From assembly GCA_965261005.1 (NCBI GenBank), contig OZ253376.1, forward strand, positions 1 through 64,000: a DNA stretch of 64,000 nucleotides, written 5' to 3'. The DNA is from Deinococcus sp. GTDB lineage: Bacteria > Deinococcota > Deinococci > Deinococcales > Deinococcaceae. The position numbers and the translations under genes are program-made. Shown here piece by piece: positions 10,462 through 19,354 of the stretch (its first letter is position 1; the number at the start of each line of letters is the position of its first letter). The notes beneath the pieces were generated by a model. It had not been told where the DNA came from. It saw nothing but the letters and a program-made list of their open reading frames with translations, and did no database searches.

Positions 10462-11978
10462 TACGTCAGGCCATATTGCGCCGCGTAGCGCTGCGCCGCT
10501 GCGGCCCAGCCATCCTGGTCCTCGCCGGCCAAGTCAGCGAGCGCGCCCAGGGTGCGCGCGACTTCCCAGGCCGTGACCAGCGCCGGCTCGCCGCAAGCGG
10601 TCAGCGCACGCTTGAGCCGCGCCCGCGCGGCCCGCAGCGCGCCAGAGGACGCGTTCGGGCCGCGACCGCCGTGCGCGATCAGGTGCAGCATGGCGGTCGC
10701 GGCGGTGCGGGTGACGCCGCCGATGCGCAGGCCCCTCGGGCTGGCCAGGGCCACGCGGCGCTCGCCGAGTTCCTCTGGCACGGCGCCGGGCGCGGCGGCC
10801 AGCACCGACACGGCGCGCGGGACAGCCTCCGGCAAGCGCGTCAGCAAGGTCGAGTTGGGCGCGACGCGCTCGCGCAGCAGCCACAGCGCCTCCTCGGCGG
10901 CGGCGAGGGCGTTGCAGTGGACCCCAACCAGTTGGGGCGCCAAGGTGAAAAGTTCGAGCAAACCGGCGTTGCGCAGCAAGCGCAGATCCCACTCCGAACG
11001 CGGCACAAAGGCCGACAGGATGTGCGTGAGGGCGCGCTCATGGGCGCCCTCACGCAAGTGCGCCCAGCCGTAAGCGAGTTGCCACTCCGCCAAGTGCCGC
11101 TCGCTGAGACCCGCTTGGGGCGGCGGCGAACCGCTGAGAATCAGCGCGGCGTCGAGCCGGAACAAACCGTCCAAGGCGCGCAGCCGCCCACGCGACAGCG
11201 AGTCTGGCTCCGCTTGCCAAATCGCCTTGCCTACCCCGCCGCTGGCGAGCTGGGTCACTTTCCGAAAGTGGCGCCCGAGCCTTCCGCAGGGCAGCGCTTG
11301 CCCGAGCCGCCCCGCCTCGGCGTAGCGGCCCTGGCGGCACATGAGCCGCAGCAAGCTGACCTGCGCCTCCATCCACGCCTCTTGTGAGGGGACGCTTTGA
11401 ATCAAGTCACGCAGTTCCCGCTCGCGCACGCCCGGTGACTGCTCGTGGTACAGGGCGGCGCAGTCCACGCGCAGCACCTCACATATGGCCGCGAAGCCTG
11501 GCATGCCGCTGGCCCGCGCCCGCGCCGCCGCCCTGGCGGCAAAACGCACTCCCCGCCGGTAGCGGCGCAAGCCCCAAGACGCAAACGCGACCGCGTAAAG
11601 CGCACGAACCCGCGCCTCGTCGGCGAGGGGTCCGGTCACCCCGGCAAGCTTGAGCGTGTTCGCACGCTCAAGGACGGCGTCGTAGTCACCCCAGGCCGCC
11701 AGAATGTGAAGCCGGATTGTCTCCACCAGCACGTCTTGCCCCTGGCCGTCCAGCGCCTGCACCGCCCAGTCCTTGCGGCCCGTTCGTAAATGCAGCTGGG
11801 CCAAGCGGGCCGCCACCAGCGGCGTGCGCGGCGCGCCTTCTAGGGCGGCAAACAGCGCGTCCGCGCAACTCGACTTACACAGCGCGTCCCAAGGAGCGCT
11901 GTGCAGCAAGCGGGCAAAATCGTCCGCACCGGGACGGGCAAACAACAGATCGTCTGAACGTTCTTTGGCGTTGAGCAT
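10461..11978 (-). CDS. Hypothetical all-helical (TPR-like) protein
   Basis: Long Ala/Leu/Arg-rich ORF with TPR-like segments (RQGRYAEA, EGAHERAL); AT-rich upstream region. Confidence 0.65.
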   Translation of the reverse strand: MLNAKERSDDLLFARPGADDFARLLHSAPWDALCKSSCADALFAALEGAPRTPLVAARLAQLHLRTGRKDWAVQALDGQGQDVLVETIRLHILAAWGDYDAVLERANTLKLAGVTGPLADEARVRALYAVAFASWGLRRYRRGVRFAARAAARARASGMPGFAAICEVLRVDCAALYHEQSPGVRERELRDLIQSVPSQEAWMEAQVSLLRLMCRQGRYAEAGRLGQALPCGRLGRHFRKVTQLASGGVGKAIWQAEPDSLSRGRLRALDGLFRLDAALILSGSPPPQAGLSERHLAEWQLAYGWAHLREGAHERALTHILSAFVPRSEWDLRLLRNAGLLELFTLAPQLVGVHCNALAAAEEALWLLRERVAPNSTLLTRLPEAVPRAVSVLAAAPGAVPEELGERRVALASPRGLRIGGVTRTAATAMLHLIAHGGRGPNASSGALRAARARLKRALTACGEPALVTAWEVARTLGALADLAGEDQDGWAAAAQRYAAQYGLT

Positions 11979-12115
11979 GCTGTGCGGAACCCCGCTGGGC
12001 GAATGGAGAGAAATTGAACAGCTATCCGAAGTTTTTCACGTCCTCATGCTAATTTTATGGCTAAGATATATACAGCGCATACAATGTTGTATTACACCGT
12101 CCGAGTACAGCGTCT

Positions 12116-12180
12116 CATACGGGTTCCGCTTATTTCCTCAACATCACAGAACCCGTATCTTTTCCCATCCGCTTCGCTGG
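12116..12180 (-). repeat. Truncated SRE-like element
   Basis: Minus strand reads GAAAAGATACGGGTT...AAGCGGAACCCGTATG, matching the other copies. Confidence 0.6.
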
Positions 12181-12229
12181 AAAACCTGTCAACGGTGTTA
12201 GCCACGCTCGCCACGTCGGCGCCGAATTC

Positions 12230-12710
12230 ACCGGCCAACAGCAAGCCGGGCGCCGCCATCAAAGCCCTCGACTTGGGCAGCGGCGTCACCTACAAGCTGC
12301 GAAACGCCTGCGGCGACAAGGACGACGGCGCCCCGCGTGGCTATACCACGACTTGAACGGTCCCAACCAACAGTGGACCGTCAACCGCCAGGGTGACGGC
12401 AGCTACTACCTGCTCTCCGTGAACAGCGGCGAGGCGCTGGGCGTGGAAAACGGGTCCGCCAATGACGGGGCCGGCGTGAAGCTTTATGACGACGACGGCA
12501 GCTGCGCCCAGCAGTGGAAGTTCATCGCAGTGGGCGGCGCGGGCACGGCACAGCCCACCCCTGCTCCCGTTCCGTAACATGGTTGCCAACGGACAATTCA
12601 GGGTGTGGGTTGGCAAGCCCGTCAACATCGCCGACACCTGAATGGTCCGAGGGAACGCCGACGTCAGCGTGTACAAGCTCGGTGCGGGAAACGAGTTCGG
12701 GGACGACGTC
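12230..12710 (+). pseudogene. Ricin-B domain plus start of a GH26-like domain, degraded (5' half)
   Basis: YKLRNACGDK, NQQWTV and GSCAQQWKF ricin motifs, then FRVWVGKPVNIADT*; frameshifts and stops. Confidence 0.65.
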
Positions 12711-12742
12711 AGAACGCATGCTCTGATCGGCCGCGACTTCTC

Positions 12743-12847
12743 TGTAGATATCAAGATATCAGCGCTGATTGGCACCCTCTGTCAGCGGTAAATGTCAGTC
12801 ATGCCACGGCGCAGTACGCAGTCCCTCAAACGATGGTGAATCGGGAA
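12743..12847 (+). repeat. Imperfect direct repeat A flanking the hydrolase gene
   Basis: GATATCAGCGCTGATTGGCAC..TCTGTCAG.GGTAAATGTCA..CACGGCGC.GTACGC shared with 14047-14132. Confidence 0.85.
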
Positions 12848-12863
12848 AAATATTGTGGTGCGA

Positions 12864-13919
12864 TCAACGCCGCAGCGTTGATTGAAGCCAGACGCCCAGC
12901 AATGCGAAATATGCCGGGGCATTCGGTGCGACATTGGCAGCGAAGCTCGCGTCGACCTGCTGCGCGGGTGGCACGTCCAACATCATCGCATGGTCTGCCC
13001 CGTCGATCACGCGCACCGTCGCCTGAGGGAAATTTGCAGCCTGGGCGCGGAGGGATTTCAGCGACACCGCGACCGGCACCCACGGATCAGCTTGCCCAAA
13101 AACGATGAGCGTCGGCACGCGAGAGCCGTCGAGCGCCCGCAAAGGATCGTTGCTGATCTGCTGCCGCCACTCGGGATCGTCGATGTTCCCCTTGATCCAT
13201 GTGTCGGCGTACCAGGGTTCTGCGCGGATGCCGGCTTCAGCCTCCTCGGCCTTGCTGCGCGGTTGTCGGCCTCGGACATATTCGTCTACCGCTGTACGAG
13301 CGCCCACTGCCCGGTCAATGACCGCCTGTGGCTTGCCTTGAATGCGCAGGATGTTCGCTACCGCGAAGTTCATCTGCACGTCGGCTGACGTCATTGGTCC
13401 GGAGACGGCGATCGCGAAGGCGGCTCGTTGCTCTTTCTTAGCGGCCATGATCGTCAGCCAGCCGCCCTGCGACAGACCCCAGAAGCCGATCCGAGCCGGA
13501 TCGATGTCACGCTCTCGTCGGAGCCTTACAAAGGCTGCCACGGCATCCTCGGCAAGCAGATCAAAGTTGCCTGGCGCCGCGCCGCCGCTGGTGGACGCGC
13601 CCGAACCCCGCCGATCGTAGAGGAACACCGCGATACCCAGCCGCGGCATAACTTCTGTCAGATGGCGGTAGAGCGGCATCGTGCGCAGCGGGGCCTGCGC
13701 GCCGTGCAAAGCAATCACGACCGCGCGCGGTCTTGTACCCTGCGGCACGAACAGCGTGCCGGACAGGCGTGCGCCGCGATTCTCAAACACGATGGAGCGC
13801 TGCTCAACGGGAGTTTCGGTCGGGACCGACCAAGGTAGTAGCGACGCTGTCTGCGCGCTGACAGAGGTCGCGATTCCTATGGTTGCCACACCACATGCTA
13901 CCAAAAGTAGCAGCCGCAT
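12864..13919 (-). CDS. Secreted alpha/beta-hydrolase (S9/S15-like)
   Basis: Signal peptide MRLLLLVACG; YDRRGSG, GLSQGG nucleophile elbow, DPWVP and GADH. Confidence 0.88.
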   Translation of the reverse strand: MRLLLLVACGVATIGIATSVSAQTASLLPWSVPTETPVEQRSIVFENRGARLSGTLFVPQGTRPRAVVIALHGAQAPLRTMPLYRHLTEVMPRLGIAVFLYDRRGSGASTSGGAAPGNFDLLAEDAVAAFVRLRRERDIDPARIGFWGLSQGGWLTIMAAKKEQRAAFAIAVSGPMTSADVQMNFAVANILRIQGKPQAVIDRAVGARTAVDEYVRGRQPRSKAEEAEAGIRAEPWYADTWIKGNIDDPEWRQQISNDPLRALDGSRVPTLIVFGQADPWVPVAVSLKSLRAQAANFPQATVRVIDGADHAMMLDVPPAQQVDASFAANVAPNAPAYFALLGVWLQSTLRR

Positions 13920-14046
13920 CAAACCCACCCTAACATTCTCCGGGCGCTTTGAAGACACTGAGAAATCCTGATCTACCAATAAGGCTGCTACCACCTGGGT
14001 TCCCGATTGGGAAGGTTGAGCGGGACAGCCGGGGGCGGAGCGAGAA

Positions 14047-14132
14047 TGTAGATATCAGCGCTGATTGGCACGGTCTGTCAGAGGTAAATGTCACGTCACG
14101 GCGCGGTACGCGGTTCCGCAAAGGATCGGGAA
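14047..14132 (+). repeat. Imperfect direct repeat B flanking the hydrolase gene
   Basis: Matches 12743-12847. Confidence 0.85.
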
Positions 14133-14287
14133 TTAGGAATCTGGTACGCTTCTCAAAAACTCCGTCCACCGATCAGCAACGAGCGCTGGGGGCCTATTTC
14201 TCGCTAGGTACGCGCGGATCGGTTGCCACCGTCCACTGACCGAACAGCGTCAGACCACACGATTTGGCCAAGGCAACAGAGGCATGA

Positions 14288-15751
14288 TTGTCGAGCTGGC
14301 AACGGCCCAAGGAGGACTGGCAGCCGGAACCGAACGGACCGCTGGCGCTCGCCGTGGACCTTGGCTTCAAAACGTATTGGGGCGGGCTGGAAGCGCAGCT
14401 CCGGGACGAGTTCAACAGCGTCAACGACCTCTTGAAGCGCAAGGAGCTGCCGGACGTGCGGCTTGATGGCGGACGGCTGCACGTCGCGGCTCTTGCGGCG
14501 GGCGTGCCCAGGGCGGCCGACGAACTCGGCGACCGACTGTACGCGCTCGTTCCCCGCATCAAGATTACGAGGCTACTGCTGGAGGTGGCCACCTGGACGG
14601 GTTTCGACCGGACCTTTACCCACCTGCGCGACGACACGCCGCCCGAAAACCGGTGTGGCGTGCTCACTGTGGTGCTGGCCGACGCCATCAACCTCGGCAT
14701 CACTGGCATGGCGGCCACCACACCGGGATACAGCGAGCGGCAGCTGGCCTGGCTCGCCGAGTGGTATGTGCGCGACGATACCTACCGCGCCGCGCTGGCC
14801 GCCATCGTCAATTTCCAGACCCGGCTGCCCCTGGCCCGTCTGTGGGGCGACGGCACGACCAGCAGTTCCGACGAACAGCGTTACCGGACGGGAGCGCACG
14901 GCCGCTCGACCGGCACGGTGAATGCTCGTTACGGCAACGAGCCGGGCATGACGTTCTACACCCACCTTGGCGACCAGTACACGCCCTTCCACACCAAGGT
15001 GAGTGCCACGAACGCGCGCGACGCCACCCACGTGCTGGACGGCCTGCTGTACCACGAAACCGATCTCGATATCGAGGAACGCTCGACCGATACACATGGC
15101 TACGCTGACCACGTATTCGGGATGATGCCGTTGCTGGGCTTCCGCTTCGCGCCGCGCATTCGTGACCTCGCCGACTTGCGGCTGTACACCCCCGGCAAGA
15201 TCGGGCCGTGGCAAGAACTAGAGGCGTTGGTGGGCGGCAAGCTGAACACCCGACTGGTCGAGGTGAACTGGGATGAGGTGCTGCGCCTTGCGGCCAGCAT
15301 CCGGGCAGGCACCTGTACAGCGTCCCTGATGCTGGGAAAGCTCGGCTCGTACGCGCGGCGCAGCAGTCTGGCCAACGCATTGCGCGAACTCGGCCGGGCA
15401 CAGCGCACGCTGTTCACGCTGGCGTGGTTGCAAAGCCCGGAGCTGCGCCGCCGGGTGCTGCGTGGCCTGAACAAGGGCGAGTCGCCGAACTCGCTCAAGC
15501 GGGCGGTGTTCTTCCGCCGTGGCGGCGAGGTACGTGACCGGCGGCTGGAGGCGCAGGCGCACCGGGCGAGCGGGCTGAACCTCGTGGCGGCGGCCATCAG
15601 TGCCTGGAACACTGCGCAGCTCGGACAGGTGGTGGAGAGGTTGCGCGAACACGGCGAGGACGTGCCGGACGAACTGCTCGCGCACGTCTCGCCCTTGCGC
15701 TGGGGCCGGATTGGTTTAACCGGCGACTACGTCTGGCCGGAGCAGCCGTGA
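14288..15751 (+). pseudogene. tnpA: Tn3-family transposase, C-terminal DDE half only
   Basis: SSSD, TDTHGY, RFAPRIRDL, LNKGE and HVSPL.W motifs; 487 aa versus about 1000 aa for a full TnpA. Confidence 0.9.
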
Positions 15752-15781
15752 TGATCTTGCACAATGGGGTGTTTGCGCAAC

Positions 15782-15819
15782 CTTAGCCTACGAAGACGTC
15801 CTGCTCGTGTCGGCTCCCC
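15782..15819 (-). mobile_element. 38-bp Tn3-family terminal inverted repeat (right end)
   Basis: GGGGAGCCGACACGAGCAGGACGTCTTCGTAGGCTAAG fits the 38-bp GGGG...TAAG pattern just after tnpA. Confidence 0.85.
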
Positions 15820-16290
15820 AGGTGGGGGAAGCGTCCCGGCACCCTCTACATTCGCTTTGCCCACGAAATGAACGGGTCTTGGGAGCCGTGGGCCGTGAAC
15901 ACGAACAACGACCAAGACTTCACCACCGCCTGGAAGCGCTACCGCAACATCCAAAAAGACGTCTTTCCCAAGGCCAAGCTGGTCTTCAGCGTCAACCGCA
16001 ACTCGGTCGGTTTGGGAATGGACTGGCGCAAGATCTTTCCCAGCAAAGATAACGTGGACGTCATGAGCGTGGACTACTGCAACAACCCGGTGGGGCCGGT
16101 GTGTTCCCAAAGCGATTGGGACGCCTCCATGTCGCAGACCGACGAATACGGCGTGCCCATCGGCCTGGAGCAGCACCGCAAGTTCGCCGACAGCGTGGGG
16201 CTGCCGCTGGCCATCTCCGAATGGTCGGGGAACGCCGCATAGACCGGCGACGCGCCCGCCTTTTTCGAAGGTGCCCAACGCGCACCAACT
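15820..16290 (+). pseudogene. GH26-like glycoside hydrolase, 3' half
   Basis: TLYIRFAHEMNGSW, DVMSVDY and PLAISEW motifs begin right after the Tn3 IR; internal stop at 16240-16242. Confidence 0.8.
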
Positions 16291-16299
16291 CTTCAAAGT

Positions 16300-17733
16300 T
16301 CAGCGCAAGAGACGGGACAACGCCCCCAGCAGCGACAAAGCCGGCGCCGGCCACACGCCCAGCAGCAGCGTCCCAAGGGTCGTCAGGCCCAGCGCCCAGG
16401 GATAGCCGGGCTGCTGGTGCAGCTTGGTCTCCCCTTCCGGCGCGCGCAGGTACATCTCCACGATGGGGCGCAGGTAGTAGGAGAGGCCGAGCAGCATGTT
16501 GAGGGCGGCGAGGACGGCCAGCCAGGTCAGCCCGCCAGCCAGGGCCACCTGAAGCAGCAGTACCTTGCCCAGAAAGCCGGCCAGCGGGGGAATGCCGGCC
16601 AGCGACAGCAGCGCGAGCGACAGCAGCGCGGCGGTGCCGGGGGCGGTTCTGGACAGGCCGCGCAAATCGCTCAGGGCGCCCGGCCCGCGCGTCCGCTCAA
16701 TCTGCGCGGTCACCGCGAAGGCGGCCAAGTTCATACAGGTGTAGGCGGCCAGGTAGTAGCCCGCCGCCGCCAAGGCGCCCTCCACCCGGCCGGCCACCGC
16801 CACGGCGATCAGGATGTAGCCCGCCTGCGCGATGCTGGAGTAGGCCAGCAGCCGCTTGAGGCCGCTTTGGCGCAGGGCCGCCAGGTTGCCCAGCAGCATG
16901 GTAACGGCGGCGAGGACGGCGATCAGCACCGGCCAGCCCGCCAGCCCGCCCGGAAACGCGGAGAGCAGCAAACGCAGCAGCCCCGCGAAGCCCGCGATCT
17001 TGGGGAGCACCGAGATCAGGCCGGTCACGGGCGCGCTGGCCCCGGCGTACACGTCGGGCGCCCAGAAGTGAAAGGGGACGGCGGTGACCTCGAAGGCGTA
17101 GCCGACCAGCACCAGCGAGAGCGCCGCCCAGACCCACACCGCGTCCGCCCCGACCAGCGCCGCGCCGATGGTCCGCAGCTCCAAGCTGCCGGTCAGGCCG
17201 TACAAAAAGGCCAGGCCGTAGGCCATCACCGCCAAGGCGACCGCCCCGTAGATGAAGTACTTGAGGGTCGCCTCGTTGGCCCGCTTCCCACCGCGCACCA
17301 AGCCCACCAGCAAATAAGAGGCGGTGCTGAGCATCTGCAAGAACAGCACGATCAAACCGAGGTCGAGGCTGCCCGCCAGCCCCACCCCGCCCAGGGTGGC
17401 GAAGGTCAGGGCCACCGGGGCGTGCGGCTCGGCGTCCCGCCCGTGAAAGTAGGCGGAGATGGGCAGCAGGGCCAGCAGCGCCGAACCGATGATCAGCAGC
17501 TTGAAGACGCTTCCGAAGCCGTCCAGGGCGTAGGTGCCGCAGAAGACCGCCTGATCGGGCAGGGCCAGGCTGTGAGCCGCGAGAATCAGCGCCGCGACCA
17601 GCCCGCCGGCGGCGAAGGTGGACGGCAGGGCGCGCCACTTGCCGCGCACCAGCCCCGCCAGCGGCACCAGCAGCAGACAGGTGAGGCCGAGGGCCAGTTC
17701 CGGGCCGATGGCCCACAAATCGAGGCAGTTCAC
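16300..17733 (-). CDS. nuoN: NuoN-like antiporter-type membrane subunit
   Basis: EATLKYFIYG, PFHFWAPDVY, LKRLLAYSSIAQAGY and GIPPLAGFLGK. Confidence 0.88.
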   Translation of the reverse strand: MNCLDLWAIGPELALGLTCLLLVPLAGLVRGKWRALPSTFAAGGLVAALILAAHSLALPDQAVFCGTYALDGFGSVFKLLIIGSALLALLPISAYFHGRDAEPHAPVALTFATLGGVGLAGSLDLGLIVLFLQMLSTASYLLVGLVRGGKRANEATLKYFIYGAVALAVMAYGLAFLYGLTGSLELRTIGAALVGADAVWVWAALSLVLVGYAFEVTAVPFHFWAPDVYAGASAPVTGLISVLPKIAGFAGLLRLLLSAFPGGLAGWPVLIAVLAAVTMLLGNLAALRQSGLKRLLAYSSIAQAGYILIAVAVAGRVEGALAAAGYYLAAYTCMNLAAFAVTAQIERTRGPGALSDLRGLSRTAPGTAALLSLALLSLAGIPPLAGFLGKVLLLQVALAGGLTWLAVLAALNMLLGLSYYLRPIVEMYLRAPEGETKLHQQPGYPWALGLTTLGTLLLGVWPAPALSLLGALSRLLR

Positions 17734-17734
17734 C

Positions 17735-19239
17735 TCAGCGCCCCAAGCTCGCCAGCACCGCCGCCGTTCCCTCGACCACCCGCAGCAGCGTGGCCGGCAG
17801 AATCCCCAGCAGCAGCGAGAGGGCCGCCAGCGGCACGGTCGCCCACAGCTCGTGGGCGTTCAAGTCCTTGATGGAGCGCAAATCGCTTGGCCGCTCGCCC
17901 ATCAGGACGTTCGAGAGGACGCGCAGGTACAGCCCGGTCGAGATGAGCAGGCCGACCACGGCGGCCAGCGCCAGCCACACGCTGACGCTCACGGTCGCCG
18001 CGATCACCTGGAACTCGGCCACGAAGCCCGACAAACCTGGCAGCCCCAGCGAGCCGAAGGCGAACAGGCCCAGCAAGCCACCGTAGCGCCGCAGGTTCAG
18101 CAGCCCGCCGAACTTGTCCAGGTCGCGCGTCCCGGTGCGGTGCTGCAAGACGCCGACCAGAAAGAACATGCCCCCCGTCAGCAGGCCGTGGCTGACCATC
18201 TGAAGGGCGGCGCCGTTCAGGGCGAGCTGCCGCACGGCCGCGTCGGCGCTGAGGCCCCAGACGCCCGCCGCCAGCATCACGTAGCCCATGTGGTTGATGG
18301 AGGTGTAGGCGACCAACCGCTTGAGATCGCGCTGCGCCAAGGCCGCCAGGGCGCCGTAAATCAGGGAGACGATCCCCAGGGCGGTCAAGAGCCAGCCATA
18401 CCTTTGCACCGTCCCCGGCATCAGCGGCAACAGGATGTGCAGCAAACCGAAGGCGCCCATCTTGAGCTGCGCGCCCGCCAGCATCACGCTGCCCTCGGTG
18501 GGGGCCTTGACGTGCGCGTCGGGCAGCCAGTTGTGCAGCGGCACGGTCGGCAGCTTGACGCCGAAGCCGATCAGGAGGCCCAGCATCACCCAAAAGGCCG
18601 CCGCCGTCCCCGCGTAGGGCTGCGCCGCCTGAACGGCCGCGATGGAGAAGCTGTGCGCCGCCGCGCCAGAACTTGATGAACCTAGGCCGGGCGTGCCCAG
18701 GTACAGCGCCAAAAAGGAGAGCAGCATCGCCAAGCTGCCCGCCCGGGTGTACAGAAAGAACTTGAGGGCCGCGTACCTGCGCCCCTCGCCGCCCCAGATG
18801 CCGACGATGAAGTACATCGGCACCAGGGCGATTTCAAAGAAGAGGTAGAACAGCAGCAAGTCCTGCGAGGAGAACAGCCCGATCAAGCCGGTGCCCATCA
18901 GCAGGAACAAAAAGGCGTGCTCCTTGACGCGCTCGCGCTCCGGCAGCACGTAGACCATCACCAGGGTCAGCAGCAGCGCGCTCAGCACGATCATGGCGAG
19001 GCCGACGCCGCCCAGCCGACGTCGTAGCTGGCGCCGATGGAGGGAATCCAACTGAGGGTGGTGCGCGCCTGCACAGAGCCTGTTCCCGCGTCAAAGCTGG
19101 CCCATAGCCACAGGCCCGACAAGAGCGTAAGGGCCGAGCCTACAAGGGCCGTCCAGCGCAGCAGCGCCGGGCGCGAGGCGGGCAGGGCCAGGATCAAGAG
19201 GCCGGTGAGGAGGGGCAAAAAGATGGTCAGGTTGAGCAC
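17735..19239 (-). pseudogene. nuoM: NuoM-like subunit with a 1-nt frameshift near 19016 (pseudogene or sequencing error)
   Basis: N-terminus VLNLTIFLPL...SYDVG in one frame; FFEIAL, KLPTVPLHNWLPDAH and GFVAEF in another. Confidence 0.85.
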
Positions 19240-19257
19240 GTGGTCTCCAGGAAAAAT

Positions 19258-19348
19258 GGGGTGTGGGATGCGGGTTGTAGGGTGTGGGAAAAGGTGCGGG
19301 GCAAGGGTTCGCCCTTCTTCACAACCCACACCCCACGTTCCACACCCC
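19258..19348. repeat. Heptamer-based G-rich/C-rich inverted repeat between nuoL and nuoM
   Basis: GGGGTGTGGG...GGGTGTGGG opposed by CCCACACCCC...CCACACCCC. Confidence 0.6.
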
Positions 19349-19354
19349 GTCCTT

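Noticed and set aside
12699..12736. Left Tn3 inverted repeat starting GGGGACGACGTCAGAA
   Set aside because: It lacks the TAAG end and matches the right IR poorly
12743..14132. Integron attC cassette
   Set aside because: No RYYYAAC...GTTRRRY bounded hairpin and no IntI; the nearby recombinase homolog looks inactive
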